A program made the position numbers and the translations under genes. A stretch of DNA of 64,000 nucleotides, taken from NCBI GenBank assembly GCA_902761715.1, contig CACWLK010000012.1, positions 17,389 to 81,388 on the forward strand, in the 5' to 3' direction. Numbering within the stretch: position 1 is the stretch's first letter; each line of letters begins with the position of its first letter. This stretch comes from an uncultured Rhodospirillales bacterium. GTDB taxonomy: Bacteria > Pseudomonadota > Alphaproteobacteria > RF32 > CAG-239. Positions 1-10,218 of the stretch are shown here, piece by piece. The notes beneath the pieces are model-generated. The model saw only the letters and a list, made by a program, of their open reading frames with translations. It made no database searches and was not told the origin of the DNA.

Positions 1-17
1 CTCAACGCAAGCTGATT

Positions 18-1562
18 TTGATGCGCAAACTGTTCCACAACAGCGCGATTCAAGATGTTTTGAAAGAAGGACAGGTTTTGTTGGTTCAAGTTGTCAAAGA
101 AGAACGTGGCAACAAAGGCGCAGCGCTCACAACTTATTTATCTTTGGCCGGCAGATATTGCGTGTTGATGCCGAATCGGATCAAAAGCGGCGGTGTATCA
201 AGAAAAATTACCAACGCACAAGACCGCAAACGTTTGAAAGGCATTATTAGAGAATTGCCGATGTCAAATGATATGTCTTTGATTGTACGTACCGCCGGTG
301 AAGAAAAGACCAAGGCTGACATTACACGCGACTATAACTATTTGATCAGAACATGGAATCAAATTCGTCTTGATGCGTTGAAAAACAAAGCTCCTACTCT
401 TATTTATGAAGAAGGTAATCTGATTAAACGTGCTTTGCGCGATATGTTTACCAAAGAAATTTCAGAAATTATTGTTGATGGCGATGAGGCTTATAAGTCT
501 GCTCGCAACTTTATGCGTATTTTGTCTCCGCACAATATGAAAAAACTGAAATCATGCAAGGCTGATGATGTACCATTGTTCCAGCGTTTTCAAGTAGAAA
601 GCCAGTTGGATAAGTTGCATGATCCGAATGTTCCACTCGAATCGGGCGGTTATTTAGTGATTAACCCGACCGAGGCTTTGGTTTCGATTGATGTTAACTC
701 AGGGCGTGCTACAAAAGAGCTTGATTTGGAAGAGACTGCGCTTAAGACCAATTTAGAGGCTGCCGATGAGATTGCTAAACAACTGAGAATGAGAAATTTG
801 GCCGGTTTGGTGGTTATTGACTTTATTGATATGGACGAGCCGAAAAACAATCAAGCAATTGAAAAACGCATGAAAGAAGCCATGAAAAATGACCGTGCAC
901 GTGTTCAAATCAGTAAGATGAGTTGTTTCGGACTGTTAGAGATTTCTCGTCAGAGAATGCACTCTTCGTTCCTTGAGAGCAACTATCAGACTTGTCCGTT
1001 CTGCCACGGCAGAGGTATTATTCGTACGGTTGAGTCCGGCGCAATGTCAATTTTGCGCATAATTGAGGAAGAAGGCACCAAAGGTCGGTCTTCAAGCGTA
1101 AATGTTTTTGTTCCGGCTGATTATGCGGTATATCTGCTCAACCAAAAACGTCAGGCAATCTGCGATATTGAGCAACGTTATAACATGACAGTGATTATCA
1201 GTGCAGATAACAATGTTAAAAACATTGCCGAATATAGAATTGAGCGCATAAAAGCCGTTAAGACGGAAGAGCCGAAACCAGCGCCATTGCAGTCTTATGA
1301 TGAGCCGGTTGAAGAAGAAGAGATAACTACCGAGGTTGCGGTTAATGATGAAGAAAGCACCGATGAGCCTCAGTACCGTCGCCGCAGAGAAAGATATGGC
1401 AGACGTAACCGTTTTGACCGCCGTCGCCGTCGTGATCGCAGAAACGATTATGCCGAATCTGCTGAAGAAAAACCGGTTGCCGATAATAACAATTCGACTG
1501 AGCCGGAAGAAAAATCAGAAAAAAGGAAGGTTGTTTGGTGGAAAAAGCTCATAAACGGATAA
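18..1562 (+). CDS. rne: Ribonuclease E/G family (5' part lies upstream of the window)
   Basis: KEERGNKGAALTT, IDVNSG, LAGLVVIDFIDM and CPFCHGRG Zn-link motifs; acidic/Arg-rich C-terminal tail. Confidence 0.93.
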   Translation: MMRKLFHNSAIQDVLKEGQVLLVQVVKEERGNKGAALTTYLSLAGRYCVLMPNRIKSGGVSRKITNAQDRKRLKGIIRELPMSNDMSLIVRTAGEEKTKADITRDYNYLIRTWNQIRLDALKNKAPTLIYEEGNLIKRALRDMFTKEISEIIVDGDEAYKSARNFMRILSPHNMKKLKSCKADDVPLFQRFQVESQLDKLHDPNVPLESGGYLVINPTEALVSIDVNSGRATKELDLEETALKTNLEAADEIAKQLRMRNLAGLVVIDFIDMDEPKNNQAIEKRMKEAMKNDRARVQISKMSCFGLLEISRQRMHSSFLESNYQTCPFCHGRGIIRTVESGAMSILRIIEEEGTKGRSSSVNVFVPADYAVYLLNQKRQAICDIEQRYNMTVIISADNNVKNIAEYRIERIKAVKTEEPKPAPLQSYDEPVEEEEITTEVAVNDEESTDEPQYRRRRERYGRRNRFDRRRRRDRRNDYAESAEEKPVADNNNSTEPEEKSEKRKVVWWKKLING

Positions 1563-2893
1563 ATAAATATATAATGTCTATACTGGCTGCGGCAATTTGT
1601 TTTGCCGCAATGCCGGTGTGGGCATTGTCATTGATTTCCGATGAAGAGACCGAAGTATTTTTGCACCAGACGTTAAAGCCGATTTTTCAGGCATCGGGTA
1701 CAACCTTTAATCCACGAAACATTTATATTGTAAATGATAAATCCTTGAACGCATTTGTCGCCGACGGAAACAATATGTTTGTAACTGTCGGAACATTAAT
1801 GAATGCTGACAGCCAAAATGAAATCAGTGGCGTGTTGGCGCACGAAACCGGACATATTGAGGGTGGACACCTGTTGAGGCATAAAATTCAGGCACGAGAA
1901 GTACAGAGGGTGAGTTTGGCCTCAATGTTACTCGGAGGCGCAGCCGGAATTGCCGCCGGAAGACCGGATATAAGTATTGCGGCAATTTTGGGATCACAAG
2001 GGTCGGCAATGAGCAATATGTTGTCTTATCAAGTCAGCGAGGAGCGGAGTGCTGATGAGGCGGCCATAAAACTATTGAGGAGGATTAACCAATCTCCGGC
2101 GGGAATGTTGAGTTTTATGAAGAAAATTCAAAAAAACAACACATTGCAGGGAATTGAGGAAACCAGTTATTATCGCACTCACCCGGTAACGTCAGAGAGA
2201 ATCGCTTTTTTGGAAAAGGCAACCAAAGATTCAAATGCACCGAGTACAGGGGCGCAGGAGAACACTTTTTCCAGAATTAAAGCCAAGCTTTATGCATATA
2301 TTGAAGAGCCCAAAAATACATTTATAAAATATCCGGAAGGCGATAATTCCCTGCCGGCAAGATATGCCCGCACAATTGCTTATTTTAAGCAGATGAAGAT
2401 GCAACCGGCAACAGAGCTGATTGATAATTTGATTCAAGAAGAGCCGCAAAACCCTTATTTTTACGAATTAAAAGGGCAAATGGCAATGGAGACCGGCAAT
2501 GTTCGTGAAGCGGTAAATATTTATAGAAAAGCATTAAGTCTGCGCCCTAATTCGTCATTGTTTAAGCTGAATTTGGCACAAGCAATGCTGGAGAACTCCC
2601 CCAATCCGGCAGAACAACAGCAGATTGTTGATATGCTCAATCAGGTTTTGATTTATAACCCCGACAGTTATGCATGGATTTTGCTGTCGAGAGCCTATGG
2701 GCTGCAACAAAATGCTGCCGGATATAACTATGCCGCCGCAGAATACAGTTTGAGAATGCATGACATAAGGTTAGCAAAGCAACAAGCCGAACAAGCGTTG
2801 AAGTCCAACCCGTCGCAGACCTTACGTCTCAAACTAGACGATTTGATGATGCGGATTAAAGACGAAGAAAAAGAAATGAAGAAGATAATTTGA
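1535..2893 (+). CDS. M48 metalloprotease with TPR repeats (BepA/YfgC-like)
   Basis: LAHETGH zinc motif, EERSAD, THP motif, C-terminal TPR-like helices, signal peptide; exact start uncertain. Confidence 0.88.
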   Translation: MVEKAHKRINKYIMSILAAAICFAAMPVWALSLISDEETEVFLHQTLKPIFQASGTTFNPRNIYIVNDKSLNAFVADGNNMFVTVGTLMNADSQNEISGVLAHETGHIEGGHLLRHKIQAREVQRVSLASMLLGGAAGIAAGRPDISIAAILGSQGSAMSNMLSYQVSEERSADEAAIKLLRRINQSPAGMLSFMKKIQKNNTLQGIEETSYYRTHPVTSERIAFLEKATKDSNAPSTGAQENTFSRIKAKLYAYIEEPKNTFIKYPEGDNSLPARYARTIAYFKQMKMQPATELIDNLIQEEPQNPYFYELKGQMAMETGNVREAVNIYRKALSLRPNSSLFKLNLAQAMLENSPNPAEQQQIVDMLNQVLIYNPDSYAWILLSRAYGLQQNAAGYNYAAAEYSLRMHDIRLAKQQAEQALKSNPSQTLRLKLDDLMMRIKDEEKEMKKII

Positions 2894-2973
2894 CCAAGCT
2901 AAATGTTTTTATAAATAATCAATACAAAAAACTCCGACTGAATGGTCGGAGTTTTTATTCAATCAAAAATAAC

Positions 2974-3963
2974 TTAATTCAGTTTTTTAATGATATTGGC
3001 GGCGATGGAGATATAGGCTTTGGCAAACTCGCCATCGGGCTCGGCCTCGACAATCGGAGTGCCGGCATCTGCGTGGCTGCGGATTTTGATATTAAGCGGA
3101 ACACCGCCCAAGAAATCAACACCAATTTTGGCGGCGGTATCCTCGGCTCCGTGTTCACCAAAAATATATTCCTTATGTCCGCATTGTTCGCAAACGTGGT
3201 AGCTCATATTTTCAACAATGCCCAAAATCGGAACATTGACCGCTTTAAACATATTTACTCCTTTGACTGCGTCTATAAGGGCAATATCTTGCGGAGTAGA
3301 GATGATTACCGCACCATTGATACGAACTTGCTGAGAAAGTGTAATTTGAATGTCGCCGGTACCGGGAGGCATATCAATAACCATTACATCAACATTTGAC
3401 CAGTTGACATCAGACAGCAGTTGTTGCAAAGCTCCGCAAGCTTTAGGGCCACGCCAAATCAGCGGGGTATTGCGGTCGACAAGTGTGCCGATGGACATGG
3501 TCTGAAGCCCCATGACTTCAAAAGGCTCAAAAGTTACACCGTCTTTAGACATTGGGGTGGCACCTTCATAGTTGAGCATGGTCGGGACCGACGGACCATA
3601 GATATCAGCATCAAACAAGGCAACACTTTGCCCCAAACGTTTGAGAGCCAAGGCAATGTTGACGGCGGTTGTTGATTTACCGACACCGCCCTTGCCTGAA
3701 GCTACGGCAATGATTTTTTTGACACCGCGAATTTTCCAGTGGTGGTCGTTTTCATCAGATTTGACGGCGGTAAAAACAACTGAAGCCTTGGACACGCCTT
3801 CAAGCTGCAAAATCTCTTTTTTAAGAGAATCGGCTTTTGCCGTATCTTCCGGTATATTAATCAGAGTTATAATCGCACGGTTGTTAAAAATATTAACACT
3901 GTCAATATTTTCGGGATTGAAATATTTGAGTGCGAGGGATCTTACTGCCTCGGTTTCCGCCAT
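2974..3963 (-). CDS. mrp: Mrp/NBP35 (ApbC) Fe-S cluster carrier ATPase
   Basis: SGKGGVGKST, DADIYGPS, DMPPGTGD, ENMS-CxxC motifs. Confidence 0.93.
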   Translation of the reverse strand: MAETEAVRSLALKYFNPENIDSVNIFNNRAIITLINIPEDTAKADSLKKEILQLEGVSKASVVFTAVKSDENDHHWKIRGVKKIIAVASGKGGVGKSTTAVNIALALKRLGQSVALFDADIYGPSVPTMLNYEGATPMSKDGVTFEPFEVMGLQTMSIGTLVDRNTPLIWRGPKACGALQQLLSDVNWSNVDVMVIDMPPGTGDIQITLSQQVRINGAVIISTPQDIALIDAVKGVNMFKAVNVPILGIVENMSYHVCEQCGHKEYIFGEHGAEDTAAKIGVDFLGGVPLNIKIRSHADAGTPIVEAEPDGEFAKAYISIAANIIKKLN

Positions 3964-4068
3964 GTCGGGTCCTCCTGTTGATATGTGAAATCCTTAAATT
4001 GTCTTTAGAATGTTTATATTATATATTTGGGTAAATGCAACAAAATAAACTGTATGTGAGGTAAAAAT

Positions 4069-5157
4069 ATGGCAAATACAAAAAGTCCGTGGGACGATGA
4101 TGAAACAACCGGATCATCCGGCTATGAGACGCAGGGCGAAAAGGTTGTAAAGTTCAAAAAAATTGTAAAACCTAAACCGCCAAAGGTTAATATCAGTCCG
4201 TTGACCTGGGTGGTGATTGTTGTTGTTTTGTGGGCTTTGACCGGCTTTTATCAAGTACAAACCAACGAAAACGGTGTGGTTTTGCGTTTTGGCAAATATG
4301 TTGATACTACCGAGCCGGGGTTGCACTATCACCTGCCCTACCCGATTGAGGAAGTATATAAAGTAAGTATGACTCAAGAGCGCAGTATCAATCTGGGGGT
4401 AAACGACGGATCATATACACGTAATTATCGTGATAATTCGTTTACTGAAACGCATATGCTGACCGGTGATGAAAATATTGTCGATATTAACCTTACAATT
4501 GTTTGGCGCATTAAAAACGCTAAGGACTTTTTGTTCAATATGCGGGAGCCGGAACAAACCGTGCGTGTAGCCGCCCAGTCAGTATTGCGTGAGATTGTCG
4601 GACAATCTCAAATGATGCCGATTATTTCAGGCGACCGCGGTAAAGTTGAGGACGATACCAAGGCTGAGTTGCAAAGAGTTTTGGACGACTTTGGATCAGG
4701 AGTAGAAATTGTACGTGTAAAACTGCAAAAAGCCGACCCTCCGCAACAAGTGGTTGATGCTTTTAATGAAGTTCAGCGTGCAAAAGCCGATATGGAGCGT
4801 TTTAAGAACGAGGCTGAAGCCTATCGCAACGAAGTTGTGCCTAATGCCAGAGGTCAGGCTTCACAAATTTTGCAAAGTGCAGAGGCATATAACCAAGCTG
4901 TCGTAAACAAAGCAACCGGTGAAGCAGACCGTTTTAACTCTGTTTATAAGGCTTATCAAAAAGGTAAAGATGTTACTGTTCGCAGACTATACCTCGAAAC
5001 TATGGAAGAAGTTTTGAAAAAATCTGATCGGGTAATTATTGATCCATCTTCTAAAGGTGGAAATGTATTGCCGATTTTGCCGATTGATAGTTCAAAAAAC
5101 AAATTTTTGCCTTTTGAACAAAATCGAACAACAATGCCGCTTAACACTGCTAAATAG
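4069..5157 (+). CDS. hflK: FtsH modulator HflK
   Basis: SPFH domain, PGLHYHLPYPIE, MLTGDENIV; precedes hflC. Confidence 0.93.
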   Translation: MANTKSPWDDDETTGSSGYETQGEKVVKFKKIVKPKPPKVNISPLTWVVIVVVLWALTGFYQVQTNENGVVLRFGKYVDTTEPGLHYHLPYPIEEVYKVSMTQERSINLGVNDGSYTRNYRDNSFTETHMLTGDENIVDINLTIVWRIKNAKDFLFNMREPEQTVRVAAQSVLREIVGQSQMMPIISGDRGKVEDDTKAELQRVLDDFGSGVEIVRVKLQKADPPQQVVDAFNEVQRAKADMERFKNEAEAYRNEVVPNARGQASQILQSAEAYNQAVVNKATGEADRFNSVYKAYQKGKDVTVRRLYLETMEEVLKKSDRVIIDPSSKGGNVLPILPIDSSKNKFLPFEQNRTTMPLNTAK

Positions 5158-5167
5158 GAGAATGGAT

Positions 5168-6034
5168 ATGAAAAATAAGATGAAAATTTTCTGGGGCGGT
5201 ATTGCACTGATTGTCGTGTTCTTAATCGGCACCAGCGTATATATTGTCAATCAGGCGGAACAGGCAATTGTTCTGCAATTCGGTCGTCCGGTAAGATTGG
5301 TACAGGATCCGGGACTTAAACTTAAAATTCCGTTTATCCAAAATGTAATCTTTTATGATAAGAGATTGCTCAATCTTGATCCGCCGGCACAAGAAGTTGT
5401 GTTGAACGACAAAAAACGTTTGGATGTTGACAGCTTTACCCGTTATCAGATTGTAGATCCGATTAAATTCTATAAAACCGTACGTACCGAGCAACAGGCT
5501 CAAAGCAAACTGGCGGAAATTGTAAACTCATCAGTACGCAAGATTTTGGGACGCATTACTTTGCAAGAGTTGCTCTCGGAAAAACGTACCAAAATTATGA
5601 ACGACATCAGCAGTGCGGTTAAAATTGATGCAACTCAGATTGGTGTCAGTGTTGCCGATGTACGTATCCGCAGAGCTGATTTGCCCTTGGAAGTATTGCA
5701 AGCAATCAATGCCCGTATGAAAACAGAACGTGAAAGAGAGGCTAAGGAATTCCGTGCTCAAGGCAGTCAGGAAGCCCAAAAAATCAGAGCCAGCGCTGAT
5801 AAGGAAAGAACCATAATTTTGGCTGATGCCGAAAAGCAGGCTCAGATTATCCGTGGTCAAGGCGATGAAAAAGCTATTGAAATCTGGAATAATGCGGCCG
5901 GAAAAGATGTTGAGTTCTTTAACTTCTATCGTTCGCTTGAAGCTTATAAAAACTCTCTGAGTGACGGAAAGTCGTCAATGATATTGTCTCCGGACAGCGA
6001 ATTCTTTCACTTTTTTAGAAAGGCAATGAAATAA
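5168..6034 (+). CDS. hflC: FtsH modulator HflC
   Basis: PGLKLKIPFIQ, RMKTERERE, FYRSLEAY; start set at ATG 5168 after an AGGAG RBS. Confidence 0.93.
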   Translation: MKNKMKIFWGGIALIVVFLIGTSVYIVNQAEQAIVLQFGRPVRLVQDPGLKLKIPFIQNVIFYDKRLLNLDPPAQEVVLNDKKRLDVDSFTRYQIVDPIKFYKTVRTEQQAQSKLAEIVNSSVRKILGRITLQELLSEKRTKIMNDISSAVKIDATQIGVSVADVRIRRADLPLEVLQAINARMKTEREREAKEFRAQGSQEAQKIRASADKERTIILADAEKQAQIIRGQGDEKAIEIWNNAAGKDVEFFNFYRSLEAYKNSLSDGKSSMILSPDSEFFHFFRKAMK

Positions 6035-6035
6035 T

Positions 6036-7454
6036 ATGCTTAAAAAGGTTGGTTTTATTGTAATAACCCTGCTGTTGGCAACTGTGTCAAAAGCAAATGC
6101 GCAAAATGGTTTTCCGTCTTTTGCCGATTTGGCAGAAAGGTTGTTGCCGACTGTTGTCAATATTTCGACAATTCAAAAGGCTGAAAAAATTGATGTTACC
6201 CTGCCCGATGATGAGGACGGAGAAGCTGCGGCCGCACAAATAGATGATGAGGACAGCAGTGTTCTGCGTCAAGCTTTAGGGTCAGGCTTTATTATTGACG
6301 AGCAAGGTTATATTATTACCAACTATCATGTTATTGAAAATGCCAGTTCAATTAATGTCGTATTGTTTGATAATACAGAAGTTGAAGCTGATATTATCGG
6401 AGGCGATGAAAAAACCGATTTGGCGCTGATTAAAATTGATCCTCCGTATGAGTTAAGCAAAGCGGTATTCGGGAACTCTGATGAACTGAGAATCGGTGAC
6501 TGGGTATTGTCGATAGGCAATCCTTTCGGATTGGGCGGCAGCGTTAGCGCCGGAATTGTTTCGGCTAAATCACGTGATATTGCCGCTGGTCCTTATGACA
6601 ACTTTATTCAAACCGATGCCTCTATAAATCAGGGAAGTTCCGGAGGTCCGATGTTTAATATGAACGGGGAAGTAATCGGCATTAATACCGCATTGTTTTC
6701 GACTACAGGAAGCAGCATGGGGGTCGGATTTGCCATTCCGATCAATACTGCGGGGTGGATTATCAGTCAGTTGGAAGAAACCGGAAAAGTCAAGCGCGGA
6801 TGGATTGGGGTTAAAATTCAAACCAACAGTCGTGAAACTGCCGAATCTATGGATTTGAAAGATAAACAGGGAGTGATTGTATCTGCAGTTACCGAGAATA
6901 GTCCGGCGGCAGAAGCAGGTATTACGGTCGGTGATGTAATTTTGAGTCTGGGCAAAAAAGAAATCAGCAGTTCTAAAGAGTTTTCACGTCTGGTGGCCGA
7001 AAGCCCGATTGGAAAAGAAATTTCTCTGTTGGTGTGGAGAAACAGCGAGATTATGACAATTAATGTTCCGGTGGAGGAGATGCCCGCTGCTCCGACAATA
7101 AGCAAACCGACAACCCCAGAACAAATGCAAGACAATGACCGAGTTTTGTATGAGGTCGGTATTAAGGTGGAGGAGATTACTCCGGAACTGTTAAAAGCAT
7201 TTGGATTGTCTCCGGTAACCATAGGATTGGTCGTTACAAATGTTGAGGCTAATTCTGATGCCGCTGCACAGGGCGTAAAAAAAGGCGACGTGGTGCTTAA
7301 AATTGACAAGAAAGATGTGATGACCACCGAAGCGATGCTGAATTATATCAAAGAAGCTCGCCAGGAGGGTAACCGTCCGATTATGTTAATGTTGCAAGAC
7401 CAAGAACAAGGAGTAATGTCGGCGGTGGCCGTAAAGTTGAAAAAGCATGAGTAG
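6036..7454 (+). CDS. degP: DegP/HtrA (Do family) serine endoprotease, two PDZ domains
   Basis: GSGFII, TNYHV, DLAL, DASINQGSSGGP catalytic triad motifs. Confidence 0.9.
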   Translation: MLKKVGFIVITLLLATVSKANAQNGFPSFADLAERLLPTVVNISTIQKAEKIDVTLPDDEDGEAAAAQIDDEDSSVLRQALGSGFIIDEQGYIITNYHVIENASSINVVLFDNTEVEADIIGGDEKTDLALIKIDPPYELSKAVFGNSDELRIGDWVLSIGNPFGLGGSVSAGIVSAKSRDIAAGPYDNFIQTDASINQGSSGGPMFNMNGEVIGINTALFSTTGSSMGVGFAIPINTAGWIISQLEETGKVKRGWIGVKIQTNSRETAESMDLKDKQGVIVSAVTENSPAAEAGITVGDVILSLGKKEISSSKEFSRLVAESPIGKEISLLVWRNSEIMTINVPVEEMPAAPTISKPTTPEQMQDNDRVLYEVGIKVEEITPELLKAFGLSPVTIGLVVTNVEANSDAAAQGVKKGDVVLKIDKKDVMTTEAMLNYIKEARQEGNRPIMLMLQDQEQGVMSAVAVKLKKHE

Positions 7455-7902
7455 AGTTGACTTTTATCATTTGCAAAGCAAAAAACTTGAAGATGTCTTG
7501 CCCAAACTGTTGGAAAAAGCCTATGGGGTGGGGAAAAAGGCAGTTGTACGTGTCGGAAACGTTGAGCGTGTTGAGTTTTTGAACGGTGTGCTGTGGACCT
7601 ATGACGAACAATCTTTTTTGCCGCACGGAAGCAAAAAAGACGGAGCTGCGGCTATGCAACCGATTTGGTTGACAGCTGATGATGATGTGCCTAATGAGGC
7701 GGAGTTTTTGTTCCTTGTGGATGGAGCTAATGCCGAAAGTCAGGAAATTGCAAAATTTGAACGAGTTTTTAACATTTTTGACGGAAACTCAAGTGAGGCT
7801 TTGGAAAAAGCTCGTGCGTTTTGGAAAGAACTGAAGAACCAAGGCGTTGAAGTGTTTTATTGGCAACAAAGCGCAAACGGATCTTGGCAACAGAAGGCTT
7901 AA
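7447..7902 (+). CDS. holC: DNA polymerase III chi subunit
   Basis: VDFYHL, LWTY..SFLPHG, QPIWLT, C-terminal YWQQ...W. Confidence 0.9.
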   Translation: MSRVDFYHLQSKKLEDVLPKLLEKAYGVGKKAVVRVGNVERVEFLNGVLWTYDEQSFLPHGSKKDGAAAMQPIWLTADDDVPNEAEFLFLVDGANAESQEIAKFERVFNIFDGNSSEALEKARAFWKELKNQGVEVFYWQQSANGSWQQKA

Positions 7903-7905
7903 CCG

Positions 7906-8553
7906 ATGGGAAATTTTTTTAAGGATAATAATCTGGTTGAAATTAAAGACGAGCGTTTTATTGTCGATTTAATGTATGCAAGACCGGAGAATGTTACAAT
8001 GCATCCGGTGTATGAGGAAGTGGGCTTTGGCAAAAAAGCCTATGTTCATCGTGATGTGGCAAAATGTTTGGTAGGGGTAAGCAAAAAACTGAAAGATCTG
8101 AAGCTGAAAATGCGGATTTGTGATGCTTACAGACCACCGGTTGCACACCGCCGAATTTTGGACTTGTTGCCGATTGAGGGGCTGTTTGCTCCGACGGCAG
8201 AGAGGTCAGCGCATTGCCATGCCGTAGCAATTGATTGCTGTCTGACTGATGAGCGAGGAAATAATTTGTGTTTTCCGACCAAAGTTGATGCATATGATAA
8301 AAATTTGGCACGGAAATTGGCTTTTGGGCAAACCGATGACTTTTATAAACATTTTGCAAAGGCAGCGGCCGATTTTTATGATGAAAAATACCAACGCGAG
8401 ATTTATAATCGTGAGTTGCTGAAATCAATTATGTTTAATGCAGGTTTTGAGGGAATACGCTCAGAGTGGTGGCATTTTCAGTTGCCGGAAGGGATTTCAA
8501 AATATCCTGTGTTTGAGTGGAGCGAACACCCCAACAAGAAAAAAGGAGTTTAA
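7906..8553 (+). CDS. D-Ala-D-Ala dipeptidase (M15D, VanX/DdpX family)
   Basis: DAYRP, SAH..AVAID and EWWHF motifs. Confidence 0.88.
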   Translation: MGNFFKDNNLVEIKDERFIVDLMYARPENVTMHPVYEEVGFGKKAYVHRDVAKCLVGVSKKLKDLKLKMRICDAYRPPVAHRRILDLLPIEGLFAPTAERSAHCHAVAIDCCLTDERGNNLCFPTKVDAYDKNLARKLAFGQTDDFYKHFAKAAADFYDEKYQREIYNRELLKSIMFNAGFEGIRSEWWHFQLPEGISKYPVFEWSEHPNKKKGV

Positions 8554-8555
8554 TT

Positions 8556-8999
8556 ATGCCGTTTATTGTAGCATGCACCATTTTGGTTATGGGAATTTTT
8601 ATGGTCGATAATCTGCGGTTATACAGGATTTTTTATGTGGCATTAAGCCTGCTGTTGTTGACGTTAATTTATAATACATTCATCATTTATACAGCTGACT
8701 TTGAGTTTTCGCCGTGGCATAATAGTGGCAAAGTGGCATATTTGGTGGTTGTGATTGAGGTATTGTGGTTGTTGGCAATCAATGCGATTATGGCACTTTT
8801 GAGCCGGAAAATAACTATTTCGCCGGATCAACTTGCCCTGCCCTTTATTGCAGCAGTTATTTTGGGAATATATCTGATATTTTATACTAACCCGCCGATG
8901 TGGTTGTGTATTGGCGGGGCGGCGGCGAGTGTTATCATGTTTTTCAGTTCGCTCACGTTGTTTTTTATCAACTATTTTAAGAACCTCAAAGAAAAATAA
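8556..8999 (+). CDS. Hypothetical multi-pass membrane protein
   Basis: Hydrophobic ORF with AGGAG RBS before ATG 8556. Confidence 0.7.
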   Translation: MPFIVACTILVMGIFMVDNLRLYRIFYVALSLLLLTLIYNTFIIYTADFEFSPWHNSGKVAYLVVVIEVLWLLAINAIMALLSRKITISPDQLALPFIAAVILGIYLIFYTNPPMWLCIGGAAASVIMFFSSLTLFFINYFKNLKEK

Positions 9000-9004
9000 A
9001 TTCA

Positions 9005-9038
9005 AAAAAACCTCGTCCCGAAAGGAACGAGGTTTTTC
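9005..9038. terminator. Bidirectional intrinsic terminator
   Basis: AAAAAAACCTCGTCCCGAAAGGAACGAGGTTTTT between convergent genes. Confidence 0.75.
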
Positions 9039-9060
9039 TTGTGCGGTGTGCATTTGCGGG

Positions 9061-9498
9061 CTAGTCGTCAAGCTCCATGGTTCTGAAGTCTTTTCCGTCG
9101 TAGAAAAGTAACTTTCGCCCTCCGGTGAAGACCGGCGCAAACTTCTTGCAGGTTCGATAAGCCGCATAGTTGGCAATGAGCGCAACGATGCAAATCGTAA
9201 TCATCAGACCGAGCCAGAGGAATGCGTGTTTCTCGATGATTTGGTGGTACTTGAGCCCTTCAAAAATGAAGAAGCCGATGACCGCCAAAGCCGTCAGAAT
9301 TGCAAAGACACCTGCCCAAAGGTAAGCACGGCGAATGGTCGTCTGACAGATGATGAACGAATCGCGGATTTCATCGTTTTTGGAAAACATAACATCATCA
9401 TGCCAGGTGCTCATGTTGAGATAGCCGTCTTCTCTGGGGGTGTGTCCAAACTCGGCAAGGTAGGCTTTTTCTGCCTGATCAAATCTTTCTTTTGCCAT
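9061..9498 (-). CDS. Hypothetical 2-TM membrane protein, paralogue of 9612..10064
   Basis: Shares AE(K/Q)A(Y/F).AEFG..P N-terminus and TG....L.Y.GK.F C-terminus with its neighbour. Confidence 0.7.
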   Translation of the reverse strand: MAKERFDQAEKAYLAEFGHTPREDGYLNMSTWHDDVMFSKNDEIRDSFIICQTTIRRAYLWAGVFAILTALAVIGFFIFEGLKYHQIIEKHAFLWLGLMITICIVALIANYAAYRTCKKFAPVFTGGRKLLFYDGKDFRTMELDD

Positions 9499-9611
9499 AA
9501 TTTTTTAATAATAGGTGATATGGGGTCTTTATAGCACAAAATTTTGACAAAAACAAGACATAAAAAAATCTCGTCCTTGGCGGGGCGAGATTTTTGTGGT
9601 TTGAGCCATGC

Positions 9612-10064
9612 TTAGAAGCAGGGGAACGATTTTTTCTGCAGGCAGGTAAAGCCTTTGCCGGTGTACAGCAGGTTTTTGCCCTCGCCGGTGTAGATGTTCT
9701 CAAGCCGCTCACAGGTCAGATAGCGTTTGCTGTCAATGACGGCCAGAACAATGCCGATGACTATGACAACACCAACCCAGGGATACATGTACGAATCACG
9801 GAGCTCGTGCAATACCCTGTATTGGTAGGCCAAGAAACCGACTGTGCAGAAAAACAGTACAGCGAGCATGATGGAAAATAACCAGATGCTTCTGGTTACC
9901 AGACGTTCTCTTTCGAGATAGGCGTCTCTTTCCTTGGTGGTTGGGGTGAACAACACGCCGTCGCCGACAATGGTTTTGACATTAAAGTTTTCTACCGCCG
10001 GCGAAACACCAAACTCAGCTTCAAAAGCTTGTTCGGCTTTAAGTAAAAGCTCTTCTCTTTCCAT
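9612..10064 (-). CDS. Hypothetical 2-TM membrane protein, paralogue of 9061..9498
   Basis: Same motifs and topology as its neighbour; followed by a hairpin-T terminator at ~9562-9595. Confidence 0.7.
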   Translation of the reverse strand: MEREELLLKAEQAFEAEFGVSPAVENFNVKTIVGDGVLFTPTTKERDAYLERERLVTRSIWLFSIMLAVLFFCTVGFLAYQYRVLHELRDSYMYPWVGVVIVIGIVLAVIDSKRYLTCERLENIYTGEGKNLLYTGKGFTCLQKKSFPCF

Positions 10065-10181
10065 AGGATAATAATTGGTGAATAATCAGTGAATGGGCGC
10101 AGTGTAACAAAATTTTTGACAAAAAGCAACTTGATTTTTTTGCTTGCATTTTCAGATAAGCGGATATATAGAGAGGATTAC

Positions 10182-10218
10182 CGGAGTGTAGTTCAGCCTG
10201 GTAGAGCGCTTGCATGGG
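10182..10218 (+). pseudogene. 5' half (37 nt) of tRNA-Pro(GGG)
   Basis: Identical to 10435..10471 and ends at the last anticodon base; preceded by a TTGCAT/TATA-like promoter. Confidence 0.85.

Noticed and set aside
1370-1445. CGC/CGT low-complexity repeats
   Set aside because: They encode the ordinary Arg-rich RNA-binding segment of RNase E.
2890-3988. Plus-strand ORFs of 169, 115 and 84 aa, and similar short overlapping ORFs throughout the window
   Set aside because: Antisense or alternate-frame shadows of well-supported genes.
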